A stretch of DNA of 62,807 bases, the filler included, from Choristocarpus tenellus KU-1152 (Eukaryota; Protista; Phaeophyceae): NCBI GenBank assembly GCA_964200185.2. It is 11 parts of 11 records of this genome, joined end to end, with 100 filler letters (N's around TTAATTAATTAA, not from the genome) between each part and the next. Parts side by side here need not be neighbours in the genome. Positions count along the whole stretch, not along the records: positions 35,631 to 39,944 come from CAXNAD020015152.1; positions 40,045 to 45,925 come from CAXNAD020009525.1; positions 46,026 to 51,077 come from CAXNAD020012034.1; positions 51,178 to 53,780 come from CAXNAD020026363.1; 7 more parts are not named here. The stretch is one strand, 5' to 3'. The notes beneath the pieces were generated by a model, which saw only the letters and a program-made list of their open reading frames with translations, did not search any database and was not told where the DNA came from. The position numbers and the translations under genes are program-made. This document shows positions 39,874 to 53,485 of the stretch, one piece after another. The stretch's first letter is position 1, and every line of letters starts with the position of its first letter.

Positions 39874-39944
39874 TGTGCAAATTACCTTGGGAGGTAATGC
39901 TATTTGTTAGTAGTGAATATAAGAAGGTGTGAAAGCCTCACACG
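39874..39944 (-). mobile_element. End of a putative LTR of a second family, inserted in Gypsy RNase H
   Basis: Begins TGTGCAAA. Its reverse complement overlaps the end of 53486-53780 at CGTGTGAGGCTT(T)CAC. Confidence 0.55.
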
Positions 39945-41272
39945 NNNNNNNNNNNNNNNNNNNNNNNNNNNNNNNNNNNNNNNNNNNNTTAATTAATTAA
40001 NNNNNNNNNNNNNNNNNNNNNNNNNNNNNNNNNNNNNNNNNNNNGATTAAGTGTGAGAGGAGTTGGGGTGGGTGCAGGGGGGAGAAGGGGATCAGGAAGC
40101 CCCGGTGGGTCTTTGTTTGACACTGATATGGATATGAGTATGGGGATAAGTGTTGGATCTGGGGATGAGGAAAGAGATGGTGACAGTCGCTACTCCTTTG
40201 GAAGCCTCTCTCCTTGAGAGAATTCTCAACTGAACCTTGATATGGAAGGATTTAGTGAAGGGTTGGGTGGGGATTGTGTGGGTTCGTGGTGGATTTTGGT
40301 TTAGTGAGTCACTAGTCCACGGCTGAGGAACAAGGAGCATTGTAGTACCAAGCGCAGGAAGCAACACACACATCAGTACTACTACAAATAATATTGATAT
40401 ACAAAGCCGACACCAGGGTGAATTGTGCATGTTTTTGTTGACGAACCTGGCCACTGCCTTTGTACATTTTGGCGGCACGACTAACGTGAACAGCCAATGC
40501 TCATCAAACAAAAACTATCCATGTGTGTACCACCCATCAAGTATATAGCATCGCACAGTCCACATATATGCGCGCAAGTGCATTTGCGACAGAAAATCTT
40601 ATTTAAAATATACACTTCGATATGGGAATTTATTTATTATTCCCTCTGACATTTTGCAGATGTGTCAGGGGAAAAAATAATGAAAACTATTCTCATATCT
40701 GAAAAATCCCTAAAGAAGCAACACTTGTGACAAAAATGAAAAATGTTGATTTACTTCCTATATTACTACCACATACCTATGTTGTACTACTGCCTTCCTG
40801 TGTCCCAAACCTATTCCTGCATCCCAGGGTGAGGAGCTCGGGAAGCTATAATTATCAGATCTCTCTTCCTTATCTATCGATTAAACACCCAAGTGACAAT
40901 TTTTCACAAGTTAAACCACTTACATATATTCTTATACTCACGTATATATAATGCATATAATATAGAGAGGCACATCTAAGAAAGCACAAAGCAAGCCAGG
41001 GAAGCGAGCAGTCCAATCGATGACAATAATACCAGAGCTACCATGAAAATGAGTAGAACCTTAAAGTAAACGAGAGGCATTCATTTTTTGGGCGGTTTTG
41101 CATTTGAAGACAGTTTTTCAATCTTTACGATTCACCCATATGTATATGAAGTGTCAAGTTTGACTTGAAAGGGTTGGTTTCTCTATTGTTTGAAACTCTT
41201 CACCACAACTCGGAAAATATCCTACACACAGTTGTAAAAAAAAGTCGAATCTTGCGGGTAATTGCAGGCATC

Positions 41273-41675
41273 TGTGGAAGCATGTTTGTCCGTTGTTATA
41301 CCGTTATTTCCGTGTACCATATATTGTTATATTGTTGTATCGTTGAGGTTCCTTGTCAAGCATCCATGATTCCACTGGCGGACCTTCCGTCAGAATGAAG
41401 CCATGGAATCTCTTCATGAGACCAATCCCACAGACTTGGGACAGCTTGTCAATTCAGAGTTGTCACACATGAAAGATTCACTTTGTTCTCACGTCTTGGC
41501 ATGCGGTGATGAAGCTCCATCTCTGAATATGCTCATCACTCCTCAATTTGGACTTGTCCAACCTTAACCTCATATCCTTGGTTACGATTCGTCTTTGTTC
41601 GTCTGGTACGCCAGTGATTCTCTTCGCCACCCTTACCTGAGTGAACCGCGCCGCCACAGAATCACACGATTCACA
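41273..41675 (+). mobile_element. 5' LTR of a Gypsy element (~400 bp; left boundary inferred)
   Basis: TGTG...CACA termini. The 3' part is duplicated at 23235-23301 and is immediately followed by a PBS. Confidence 0.75.
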
Positions 41676-41676
41676 T

Positions 41677-41693
41677 TGGCGACACCGGTGACC
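41677..41693 (+). promoter_or_regulatory. Primer-binding site (TGGCGACACCGGTGACC)
   Basis: TGG lies 1 nt after the LTR-terminal CA. It is complementary to a tRNA 3' end with discriminator G (Ser/Arg-like; tRNA not identified). Confidence 0.75.
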
Positions 41694-41854
41694 TCAGAAG
41701 TAGGGTGACGGGGAATTTTTTGTTTGACCACGGACGAAATATGCCGAATTCAAGATCGAGGTGAAAACATCGTGCACAGGAGCGCCTGACCCCACATCTG
41801 GAACCATCCAGAACACCAGAGGAAGAGGACCAAGGACACGAGTCTACAGAGGAC

Positions 41855-44800
41855 ATGGAGTCTTCGACAAATATCGACTCTGACTCGTCTAGTGTCGCGT
41901 CTACTTCATCTAGTATCATAATGCTTGCTGAACGTAGACAAGGTTCCCCTCCTTCCCCCCCAACAGATCGTCAGGCTCATGCCAGACCAATGTCGTCGAC
42001 CCTTGAGCATTGTGTTAGCTTGGGCGCCCGTTACACTTGTCGGGTCCTCTTTCAGGAAGATCCTGTCCCGCCTCCAAGTACCACTGCTTGTGAGGTGACC
42101 ATTTCGCAGGCCAAGTTCGGTGATGCTGTACCAGTGTTCATTGCCCACCACGTCAACGAGTGCGCAAGAACAAACACTGTGCCTCTGGAATGGCTTCAGG
42201 ACCTGCTAAAGCTGCAAGTTCAAGAAATGGGCATCGATCACGTAAGGTCCGTTGAACAGAGTAGCGACGTTGCACACCCACTGTCAGAAGGGAGTCGTTT
42301 CAGGTTTTCTGCTTTGGAAATCCTGTCTGGTCTGACAATTACAGGTTCTGGTGAAAAAGACTTGCCAATTCTGTTCTATAAATGGCGTGTGACTATATCG
42401 CTGCATTCTAGTCAGTAGGGTCCTGCATCCCCTGAACAGTTGATGCTCATTGCGTAGAATTTATACCGAAAATTCTTCAAGGATCTGCTGAAACATTATA
42501 TTTTCAGGCATTAGCTGGTACCATAGAATGGCGTTCAAGAAGTGATTTGGCTCGATTTCAATCGTGCCTTGACACCCTGTCCTCATTACACCGCGAAAGA
42601 CATGGGATGATGTCCAGAAAGCCTTGATCAACGCATTCACTCCCGCCCATGCTGTAAGTGTATCAGCCCGTAGACTAACATCATTGAAACAAGGAGTGAC
42701 TGAGTCTGTCCAAAAATATATTTTATGTTGCACAACAGCAATGAATCGTTTTTCAGAAGATATTTGTCGTACAAAGTCATCCTCAGATTCGGTCGACACA
42801 ACAACTTTACTTGTTGAGCAACTGAAAATAACCCTGATGGACAACGGCTTACTCCCTACAATTTGTCTTGAGCACATTCAGGAAGAACCTGCCACCACGT
42901 TTGCCCAGACTTGTGACCATGCCAAACAGCATGAACCCAACAATTTGCCTAGTAGTAATCCCACCCCAGCAACTTACACTAGTGATGTGACCCACAACCC
43001 TCGTCATGGACAAGTTCCTCGGGCAGACTTTTTCCAGTTACAACGAGAATACCAACGGCTCTGTACGGAGATGGAACGTCACCGAGTGGGGGAAGCAACC
43101 CTCAACAGGTCCCCAGCTTGGTCGTTGACAACTCTACCTACTGCAGCCAGTTCAACTGACAGATCAGCACGACCCCTGGACACGTCACATTACGCAGAGA
43201 CACTATCAACACTCGAGTACACCGTTGATCAACACCTAAGTTGTGTGTGTCAGTACCCGGATTGTCAGGCGGTGACTCGTGAGGGTCATGCAACCCAGTC
43301 GTGCCTGGATAATCCGAAGGGTACTCGTAGGCCGCACCTGCGTCGTAGAGGAAGGGGTCATGGTGGTCGTGTTCGTGACGATAGACAGTCAACACCAGGC
43401 CATTATGTCCCTCGTCCCTAGGGGTGCCCAGGTGGATTTGACTCCTGTCCACTTGGGAATGGTCATGGTGTTGTTGACACCATCATAGGGAGTGGCAAGC
43501 ATCGGAGGTTGACATCAGTCACACCTCTTGCTCCTCAGGCATCGTTTATTTCCTGCACGAGTGTCACAAAGCATTTTTCTTTGCCGTTAGTTCAATCAAA
43601 CTCGTCTAATAATAATGAAACTTGATTTAACGGTGCTTTGAGCAGAATCCCATCTATACTCAAACCTTCATCGTTTTCATCACAAAGGGTTCATGTATCT
43701 GGCACCGTTGAAGAACAAGAGGAAAATGACTTGACTTTTGACACAGCTAGTGATGTATCATGCATTTCAGAAATATTTGTTCGCAATCACCCTCAACTGA
43801 AACATTTTGATGTGCACCCTCTGTCCCACCTGGTGCAATAAATCTACGTAAGCAAACGGTTCACCATTGCATATCCGTGGATTTATTAGTTTTGCACTTG
43901 CACTTGGTGACACTACATTACCAGTTGAAGCTTTAGTGATTCCCCAACTTAGTCCCGATAAAATTCTGCTTGATAATAGTGTTATGCAGGCCTTTGGTGT
44001 AATCCTTGATTGGCAAGAACAACGCCTCTCATTCCACAACAGTTCGTGTACTGTTTCAGCGAGACATCACATGACAAGGAGCCCCACACAACAAGTACGT
44101 GATACAAGCACCACTCCTTCATGCTCTGTGGTGAGTGTGCAACATGATTTTGACCCTATACTCGTTCGCGTACATAAACAGTAAAACATACCACCTGGTC
44201 ATGAAATCATCATATATTGCACAACTGATGCTAGCCCTTCGCTTGATACTGCCGTCGTAGTGGAGTCACATATATTCTATGACTGCTGTAGATCAAACCA
44301 CTGATCTACACACCCATGGAATCGTATTGCAGCTGCTCGTACTCTCAGTACTTAGTCAGCAAGTAGTATATCAGTATTGGTTCAAATGGCAAACCCAACA
44401 GCACGAAGGGTCCGTATCAAAAGAAACATCTTGTGATAGGTCGCTTAACCCCAATTTCTGATCAAATCCCAATCACTGTTAGTGATCTAAATACTGATTC
44501 TGCACCGTTCAGTAAAGCTAGAGAGGAGTTATATCACGCCTTTAGTAAGACAAATGCATTCAAAGATACCACTTTCAATCCAACACAAGTGTCTCAACTT
44601 TTAGACCTTTTTGCTCGTTATGATCGGTATTTTCGTTGAATGCAGCAGAACTAGGCAGATGTACTGTAGCTGAAGCAGAAATTCCTATAGAGCCCGGTAC
44701 TAAACCTGTTGATAGGAACCCATACAGAGCAAACCCCCGTACTCAACAAGTACTTGACTCATGTTTTAATACTATGGAAGAGCAAGGCATCATTGAAAAA

Positions 44801-45882
44801 CGTGCCAGCCCTTGGGGTAGTCCTGTTACCATTGTAGCCAAATCTGATGGATCCCCACGATTCTGTGTAGACTATAGGTCAACTGTTAACAAACACCTGG
44901 TTCGACAGACTTGGCCTATGCCTGATATGGAGTGTCATATTGATACTGTTGGGGGTGCAAAATTCAACACCGTTTGTGATATTCAGAGTGCATATTGGCA
45001 AATTCCTGTTGCTGAAGATGACATTGATAAAACTGCTCTTGTCACGTCCAGAGGCAAATATGTTTTTAAGAAGATAACCCTTTGGGATATCAAAAGCTTC
45101 CTGGCAATTTCAAAGAATCATGTCCTTAGCCTTTGCAAATTTTGGTCCACTGAGTGGGTTGCTAGTTTAAGTGGATGATTTGATTGCTTGTTCTCCCCCA
45201 CATGGGAAGGATATCTACACTTATTACAACAGCAATTCAAAGCTTTGCAAGCAGCAGGTTTAACCTTGAAACCGTCAAAGATCAAATTTGGACCTAAAGT
45301 ACGCTATCTGGGTCACATTTTATCGTCTGAAGGGATTCGTATCCGTGAAGATCGGGTTCGTGCAATCATTGAATTACCCAAACCCACCACTGTCAAAGAA
45401 TTTCGATCTGTACTAGGTATGGTTAATTTTGTGCGTAAATTCATACCCAACTTAATCACAGTAATCGAACCGTTAGTTCATCTCCCTAAAAAAGGTGTCA
45501 GAAAGAAAGTTGATAAAGAATGGGGATTGGACCAGGACGTGGCATTTTCTTAAGTAAAACATTTACTCACTGCAGCTCCAGTTCTTGTATTCCCTGACTT
45601 TACCAAAGAATTCATCACCCATGTTGATGCCAGTGAGAGTGGTGCTGGAGGCTTTTAGCACAACCCCGATCTGATAATCCTGCAGACCTAGGTATCATTG
45701 CATACTCCAGCAAGAAATTTAATGAAGCTCAACATCACTATTCAGCTACATTAAGAGAGTGTTAGGCAGTCGTTACAGCTATCACTCATTGGCGACCGTA
45801 TCTTTGGGGTAGATACTTTACCTGCATCACAGATCATACTGCATTGTTTTACTTTGTATAGAATGCAGGATACCAGTAACAT
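41855..45882 (+). mobile_element. Ty3/Gypsy gag-pol, inactivated (gag, protease, RT, RNase H)
   Basis: Gag LTSLKQGVTESVQKY, protease FDTASDVSCIS, RT SPWGSPVTIVAKSDGSPRFCVDYR and DIQSAYWQIP. The catalytic YxDD is mutated to stop-VDD. RNase H reads PDFTKEFITHVDAS...TDHTAL. Confidence 0.93.
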
Positions 45883-45925
45883 GGACCAAAGGTATCTGGA
45901 GGGGGGAGAGGGGGGTCTACACCAG
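45883..45925. mobile_element. MITE family B terminus at contig end
   Basis: GGACCAAAGGTATCTGGAGGGGG...GTCTACAC. Similar termini lie at contig ends ~9234, ~23108, 51178-51197 and 59615-59636. Confidence 0.65.
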
Positions 45926-46707
45926 NNNNNNNNNNNNNNNNNNNNNNNNNNNNNNNNNNNNNNNNNNNNTTAATTAATTAANNNNNNNNNNNNNNNNNNN
46001 NNNNNNNNNNNNNNNNNNNNNNNNNTACCCTCTAAGATACTTTGGCTCTGAGGAAGAACTCACCCCAAAGGTTGATGCCCGCCTGCCCCGCACATGCCAC
46101 CAGCACTGTGCCATCCCAACGGCCTGCCACACTTCATGGGGAAGAGCTTTTGCACGAAAATTGATCAGGGGCAAGAGTTGGGATGGGAAAAATTGTCGTT
46201 GGGTAGGTGAGGTAGTTGAAACCAAGTTGAGGTGGGCATTCGGTTAGGTTGAGGCATGCGCACACGTGGGTCGAGAATAGGGTCAGGTGGTGTGTAGGTC
46301 GAGCATATGAGTTAATTAAGGGTTCAGAAATAAATATGAATAGCTGCTATTCTCAAGAGTACATAATTCAATATCTATTTCTTGTTTTCTTCATGAGGTT
46401 CTCTAGATAGCACAACTCATGATAAACATGTTCTCTAGCGAAAATGAAGGGGGAGCAAAGTATGCATTGGGTTCTAAGTGCTTTTATATCTTCCCTGACT
46501 TTTCTTGTGTAGTATATTGCACTGTCTGAGTGCGCTACCATGAAAAACTAAGAAAAAGTGCCAAAAAAGATGCCACTTACAAGTAGTTCACACTATTACA
46601 GCTGAACATTATGTTAACCTTGTACGTTTTCTAAATAAAGCATTTCCTGAGGAAGGGTTAGGGAAAGGGGCTAATTACATTAGTGACCTAGATGAGCGGG
46701 TTCTTAC

Positions 46708-49700
46708 CCCACCAGCAGGGGCGCCGTTTAGGCTGTTTCTGCCAAACATGGTCCCACACTTAGTCTCCTCTCCGTCGGAGTCAAGGGGGCAATCATCGTC
46801 GCTCTCGCAGTCTATAAGAGATCCGTCATTCTTCACCCAGCGAAGATACCTTTGGGTATACACAATAAGGCAGGAGAGACAGGTAATGTGGAACGGGTGG
46901 GTACTCATGAGGTGGTTGGCATCATCCTTCAAATGATGAACGCCACTAGTTAAGATGGACAAGAATTTCAACTTTTGTTGGTGAGCATCCTCACTGCTCT
47001 GTGGATGGTGGAGGCTGTCCGCTGCATGGACTTGCGAGTTCTTTTCATGGAAATCTGGCTTCAACTGTCCAAAGTCCACATGACAAGCACTGTAAATTGT
47101 AGACTTTGATTGTAGGAACAACATAGAAATAGCAGATTTTGTGTTGATCTTTGATTTTGTTGTCTCAAGGAGATGAAGAACCGACGCCTATGTGCACTAC
47201 TCACTTCTAGATTGTTTTATCTATGAACCATCAAAATGCTAGAACCAAGAAAAAGGTAGCAACACTTCCTTGCCAGGCAAGACAGATGTGGGTCCAGGTC
47301 AAAATTCGAGGGAGAAGGCAGAGCAACAAGCAGTGGGATGGTTGAGAAAGATCCATGAGAAGCAAGGCATGAATAGAGCCAGTACAATTGGTTGTAATGC
47401 AAAAGTTAGTTTGAGAAGCTAGTATGAGAAGTGATGCAGTGTGTAGTGCCTCCAACTTTGGGTCGGAATAGTTCCCAGACTTGAGCAGATTGGGATTATT
47501 TTATGTAATAGTAACAATACTAATAAAATATGCAGGAGGAACTACTGTGGGCCAACTGAGTCCTCCCTATGAACGCTACCATGCCAAGACTAGGATAAAT
47601 ACAATCTATTAGATCATCAGCTTTATCTCTATCCCTTCTCACACAAGATATTTGGGGTACACAATAGTTGGGTGTAATAAAAAATCTCGCCGGCAGGACA
47701 TAGTACTGTTGCTGTACAGTGTTCCGCACACAACACAAGGGTACATTATATTGACCATCAAGGTGACAGGAAGATCTCTCTTACAACCGGCTTTCCTGCT
47801 TCACTTTCTCACCTGTGCATTTCTCCAAAGTCACTTACACCACTGGGGTCAAAGAACCATGAGCATGGTTCCAGGCCTTCCGACCAGGGCGAAAAGGCTC
47901 CAGGGTTGGAACACCAGTCTGGTCCATGATCGCATGGAAGTTACAAACCAGTAAAGAAACAGAGTTGCCATGAGAAAAGATGACGCCAAAGTTGAGAAAT
48001 TTTGACTGTCCATTATGGGAAGCTGCACCAAATAATTGACTCTTTTGCCCTGAGGAGGCGTAAAGAAACAGAACCTTGCAAGGAAGGGTACCGTGAGATT
48101 CACCAGATATGGACCAACAAAACAATCAGAGGGGAGGGGAAAGGGCAAAGCCATGGATGTGAGTCTCTCTTCTCTGCTTCAGTAGGAAACCTGATCTGTC
48201 TAGTAGAGTACACTGGGAACTATACCGAATACCTCTGTGAACTCCAGGGCTGTACTTACATGCACTCGTGGCGCATTCGACAGTAGTGGAAGGCACGAAA
48301 GAGGCCATTTCCAAATCCAACTTTGATGACACAGCTGGAAGTGTCAACCATGATACTAATCCCTGATAGTAAAATGGGTCGCCCTGAATTTCATTCCCAA
48401 TTAAAACTCCAAACCTATCTCCATCCTGAACACTGATCTGATCCCAAATCTAGCCGTTAACCCTACCCTTAACCCTATCCTTGCAATCCTAACCCTTCAC
48501 TTGAGGGCAAAGTCTTTCACACACACAGTACAACATACTCTATCAACAGTTTGTGGAGTCTCCTTACAAATGAAAAACAAACTTCAACATTGTTATTACT
48601 GCCATTACTGATATTAGTTGTGGCCCACCCAAGAAATGGAGTCCTCCTTTGGAGAATTTGCAGAATATTGAATAAGGGGGTAAGCAAGATGCACCACTTT
48701 AGAGACCTTTTTCTATCAGGGGAATATAACAACCGAGAGGACATGTCTGTTTCTTGCTCACAGTCATCGTCCCGGGAGCTTGGTGAACTCTTTGGGTTAG
48801 GTGACATTGACATCGGAAGGTTGACACCATCTATGACTGAAATATCATAGTAGTCAACACCAATATCAACCTGAGCATGGTGGAGACAGGGGAGCACAAT
48901 TAGGAGCAGAGGGATAACAAAGGAGTGTTGCCTAGAGAAGTGAGAGAGTTTGGTGGTGAAGCATGCTTGTGTTTATCTGACCCTGATGGGCCAGGACTTG
49001 AGCACTTCTTTGTTTGTGAAACGTTTGGTATCATATTCAGGGAGGGTATTCTTGTCACAACATGATTTCCTCCTTCCTATATTTTGTCAATGTCCTTCTC
49101 GATTGACTCTCAGTGACATTCCTCCATTATGTTTTCTTTTCAATTCCTTCGTTACAATCTCCCCTCTACCTGTTCGCCCTTTTCCCTCACCAGGGTGAAC
49201 TCAGCCTTGGTTACAGGGCCTATTGGTCCGGTGGATGCAGGGCAGTACCCGTCTGGGTAGCCAGTGTTGTCCAGGCAGTAGGCAGTCTCACAGCCAACAG
49301 CACGATCACACCCTGTTGCTCCCCAGAAGTTGCCACTCCAACGCACTCCATCACGCGCGACATGATCCATGATAATGGTGATAGAGTTTCCCTTAGCAAT
49401 ATCGTATGTCTTACCATCCTCAGGCAGGGGTAGGGCCCAAAAGCAAGCACCAACCTGCTCCTCGGGTGGAGCATGGTAGTAAGGACATGCAGTTAGAGGC
49501 TGGGGGAGGCATTACCCAGTCATTTGCCTTTAAAATACTTTAGGTGGGAGGTTAAAGGCTGTTGGGTGCTGGAGTTGTGTATTGTTTCCAACAAACATAT
49601 ATATACATACTTGTCTTTCTCTTTCCTTCCAAATATCCGTCTCTCATGAAATGGGAAGTGTATGTTGCCATCATATAACACTCTACCTCTCAGACACAGA

Positions 49701-50542
49701 GACAGAATGTAAATCATGTGTCCACCATGGCCCTAATTGCAATCCGAAGCATTTTTAGAGTGTGCAGAAGTAGTATCAATGATGTGCATTATATTTATTA
49801 TAATACTAAGAGTACTGAACAAAGCGAGACAAAACTAGCCGCAACCAACAATCCTAGTGGCAACTACGATACTATGCAGATACTCAAGCCCCCCATGTAT
49901 TTAGTACTTCTAGAGCATAACTGAACACCACTAGCAACAAACAGCAAATGGCATCAATGTCTCACACACCTTGCCCCTCCCCTTGCATTGATTTCCCAGC
50001 TGTTGGACAATCATGTTACTTATCGACCCCACTACAAACATTTATATTTATCCCCTGGTGTGGAATTGTTAGCCAGTATTGATTTAGCGGAAACAACATA
50101 ATAACACCTTCACTACAATCATCAACACCTCATTGTTGCTCCAACCAAAACACATACAAGCCTCCTCTACCACATGGCTGCTAGGCTGCATCCTCACCGC
50201 TGGATCATGGATGCTTCCATCAGGGCAATCCTGATCGGACCAGGTCACAAAGCCCCCGGTAGATCCCAGTCGAACCATCTCGTTACAATTGTTCGTCACA
50301 GTAAACTGACGGCGGGGAACCTCATCATTCCCCTTGTTGGAGTCATTTTCTTCAGTCTCCTCCGACGGATCGCCAAGGTCATAAACAGAGTTGGTCCAGG
50401 AGCCACCACAAAGAAGATCGGGGTTGCCAAGACAGGGCATGTTGCAACCATCGGATGCAACTGCTGGCTGGTCGTCAGAGAAGTAAGAATCTCCACAGAA
50501 GCATTCCTCGGAGTATTGAAGTCCAATGTATTTGAACCTGTT
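46708..50542 (-). CDS. WSC domain plus thaumatin-like (PR-5) fusion protein, partial at both ends
   Basis: Phase-consistent exons: 50542-50198 (YIGLQYSEECFCG...CNMPCLGNPDLLCGG = WSC; FTVTNNC = thaumatin start), 49454-49191 (WSGNFWGATGC...PVTKAEFTL), 48870-48762 (DYYDISVIDGVNLPMSM), 47918-47813 (YWCSNPG...CSW), 46849-46708 (C..DDDC...CG). Confidence 0.9.
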
Positions 50543-50716
50543 CTGAGGAAAACGAAGCTGTTGGAACTGGGTAGGAGTGTGGATTTGGTGGTCTCTTTGA
50601 TTAGGAGCAACAAAGGGGACCGCATGTGGATCGTTGTGCTCAACGATTCCTGATGAAAAAATTGCTCCATCCACAGCTTCCAACAGCTATTCCTCTATCA
50701 CTACTGTTCAACTTCA

Positions 50717-50974
50717 GAGTGAAATTATCTTAGGGGGTAGGAGTTTTGCCCTGTTTGTCCATTTGGGGCTTGACTTCCCATGTTTTTTTTAATGACATTT
50801 TCCTACTCCACAATGTTGAGGAGTAGGTAAAATGTATGCGTTATGAAAGGTGTGTCCGAAACGTAGATACTGACACTTCCTAACAAACACGATTGTCAAA
50901 ATTACATCAAAATCGCAATATTGGATTTTGACCCCCAAATGGACACAGCTCTACCTTCTAATATACTTTGGCTC
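50717..50974. mobile_element. MITE family A, full copy (intronic)
   Basis: GAGTGAAATTATCTTAGGGGGTA ... TACCTTCTAATATACTTTGGCTC with a 3-bp TSD TCA. Confidence 0.85.
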
Positions 50975-51023
50975 TCAATCATTATTTTATCAATGCTATA
51001 AGTAGGAGCACAGTATATATATC

Positions 51024-51077
51024 ATGTATGTATGTATGTATGTATGTATGTATGTATGTATGTATGTATGTATGTAT
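51024..51077. repeat. (TATG)n microsatellite at contig end
   Basis: Seen directly. Confidence 0.95.
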
Positions 51078-52295
51078 NNNNNNNNNNNNNNNNNNNNNNN
51101 NNNNNNNNNNNNNNNNNNNNNTTAATTAATTAANNNNNNNNNNNNNNNNNNNNNNNNNNNNNNNNNNNNNNNNNNNNCTCCCCAGATACTTTGACCCATC
51201 CGGTTATACGTAGTTGGTCTGATCTTCCCAGGGTTTGTAGCGGCCGAGCCGTGGTAGGGCGTGGCTAGCAATCGGTGAGACTATTGGGGCACGTGGGGAT
51301 AACAACGGAGAGCAGTATAAGCACCTCAACACACAGAACGAAATGTTCTTGCAAACTCTCGGCCCCCTAATCTCTGCCCGACAACTTACCACTTTTCAGC
51401 CGCATGCGACAAAAATGTGGCAAGACATACCATCGCGATGAGCGAAAGTATTCCCTCAAGGATTTCAACAGGCACCATATCAAACATATATCCCATGATC
51501 TTCCTCCAATCATGGACCAATTCACCAAGCTGTTGATCGCTTTACTCACGTGCCCGTGCAAGGCTCGTTGTTCCTAGTCCAAATTTGTCGAACAACACTC
51601 GACTGTGTCAACCATTTCTGCGGTCATCTTGACGGGGGCGTGGGGCCGACAACAACCCCTTCGGCAGGAGTTCTGGGGGAACTGGCCCGAAGAACTAGCC
51701 CTGCATGTGCACCCTGGTAATCCATGTTGGCGTTTTCATGACTGGGTCCTTCCTCTGTGGGTCCTCCCTCTCCTCTTACTGCTTCAGGGTATATCTCCAG
51801 TTCCCCACCATTGCTCCGAATACCCATCATCCCACGACAAGCAATCTGTCGAGACATCTTTCTCCGCCATCCTTCGGTCTTACATAAAGAAACTAAACTA
51901 TAAATTGCCATCTCAACTATTATAATGCCTTGTATCATGGATGGCGTTATCCAACTCTTCTATTTCAAGATGGTCAAGAATTTGAAATTTGAAATTTGAG
52001 CATCATCACAAAGTAGGTTAATGGAGGTGACATGACTTGGTGGGGGAACTACTACTTGTGGGGGATAAATATTTGTGTGAGCAGAACCAACCCCCATAGT
52101 TATTGTCCCAATCACCATTTTTCTAGTACATACAGAGACAAATAGAGGGAAAGATATTTAGAGGATGCATCACCATATTATACACTAACGATGACCCATC
52201 AATGAGGCCAATTTTCGGCACTGGTGTCCAGTCACCAAACAATCCAGTCATCAACCAGTGTGACCAATTTACATCACTAATATTCCATGACCAAG

Positions 52296-52553
52296 GAGTG
52301 AAAGTATTTTAGAGGGTACGAATTTTTCGCTGTTTGTCCATTTGGGGCTTGACATCCCACGGGTTTTGAATGACATGTTACCTCCTCCAAAAATTTTCGA
52401 AGGAAGTAAAATGTATACGTTATGAAAAGGTGCACCTGGAACAAAGATATTGACATCTCCTAACAAACATGATAGCCAAAATTTCATAAAAATTTCAACA
52501 TTGGATTTCACCCGCAAATGGACGCAACTCTGCCCTCTAAGATACTTTAACTC
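52296..52553. mobile_element. MITE family A, full copy inside a degenerate tandem repeat (~52205-52670)
   Basis: TIRs as in other A copies. Both flanks carry CCAGTCA(C/T)CAAACAATCCAGTCAT(C/G)AACCAGTG units. Confidence 0.85.
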
Positions 52554-53316
52554 CAACCGATGGGGCCAATCTTTCCCACTGATTCCCAGTCATCAAACAA
52601 TCCAGTCATGAACCAGTGCAGCCAATTTCCACCACTGGTATCCAATCGCCAAACAATGCCGTCAATTTCTGCGAATCCACTGACACACTAATCCTCCCAA
52701 AAACGCTCCACCTCCATCCACTCCCATACCACACATTTGAACTAGAAGGCATGTACCCCACACGAGGTCTACCTCCCCATTGAGTCGATGTTGTACCTTA
52801 TCCAGTTCCTAGGCACTACCCTAACCCTAACTTTACCTTAGTTGCCTTTGGTCCCTCTCCAACTCTCTGCTAAACCCGTTGACGTCCAAACTCAGTCCCA
52901 CTGGTTAGCCCTGAAGTGCACCTTGAAAGGCTGTTAACTTCAATCTTGCTTGCCTCTGTTCATCAACTGACCCAAATATCTCCATATTTGCCATCACCCT
53001 CGTTCCTTGCCCCATCCTGCTTTAGAGTGGGCCGTACTTCCCTGCTTTTAGCCTGGGGTTTGTCTTGCTGTTCTGACAAATACAAGTGTCGCCTGGTTCT
53101 TCATGGTCATCCCCACCTTGTGCCGTCCTGTCTGTGCTCCCCGTCATTTAGTCTCTCAGTACATGGCTGATTCCGCACGTCAGCATGATCTCTTCCTTCC
53201 CCTCCTGATGTTGAAGTATCCCACACTGGACCGGCGGCTTTGGTGCTTTAAGGACAAAGAACAGCTTAATGTAGATGAGCAAAGTTAATATTACAGGAGG
53301 GCTTATGGTCTCGATT

Positions 53317-53485
53317 GAGTGAAAGTATCTTAGAGGGTACGAGTTTTGCCCTGTTTGTCCGTTTGGGGCTTGACTTCCCACGGGTTTCTTAATGACATTT
53401 TCCTACTCCGAAATGTTTCGGAATAGGTAAAATCTATACGTTATGAAAAGGTGTATCCGGAGCAAGGATATTGACACTTCCGAAC
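53317..53485. mobile_element. MITE family A, interrupted copy
   Basis: Left TIR GAGTGAAAGTATCTTAGAGGGTA; similarity stops at ...GACACTTCCGAAC where TGTGCAAA begins. Confidence 0.85.

Noticed and set aside
48255-48363. Candidate extra exon of the thaumatin gene
   Set aside because: The peptide is not thaumatin-like, and exon 47918-47813 continues the domain (YWCSNPG) in the correct phase.
52916-53288. DKYKCRLVL segment resembling Copia or DIRS reverse transcriptase
   Set aside because: A single short motif in degenerate sequence, insufficient to call.
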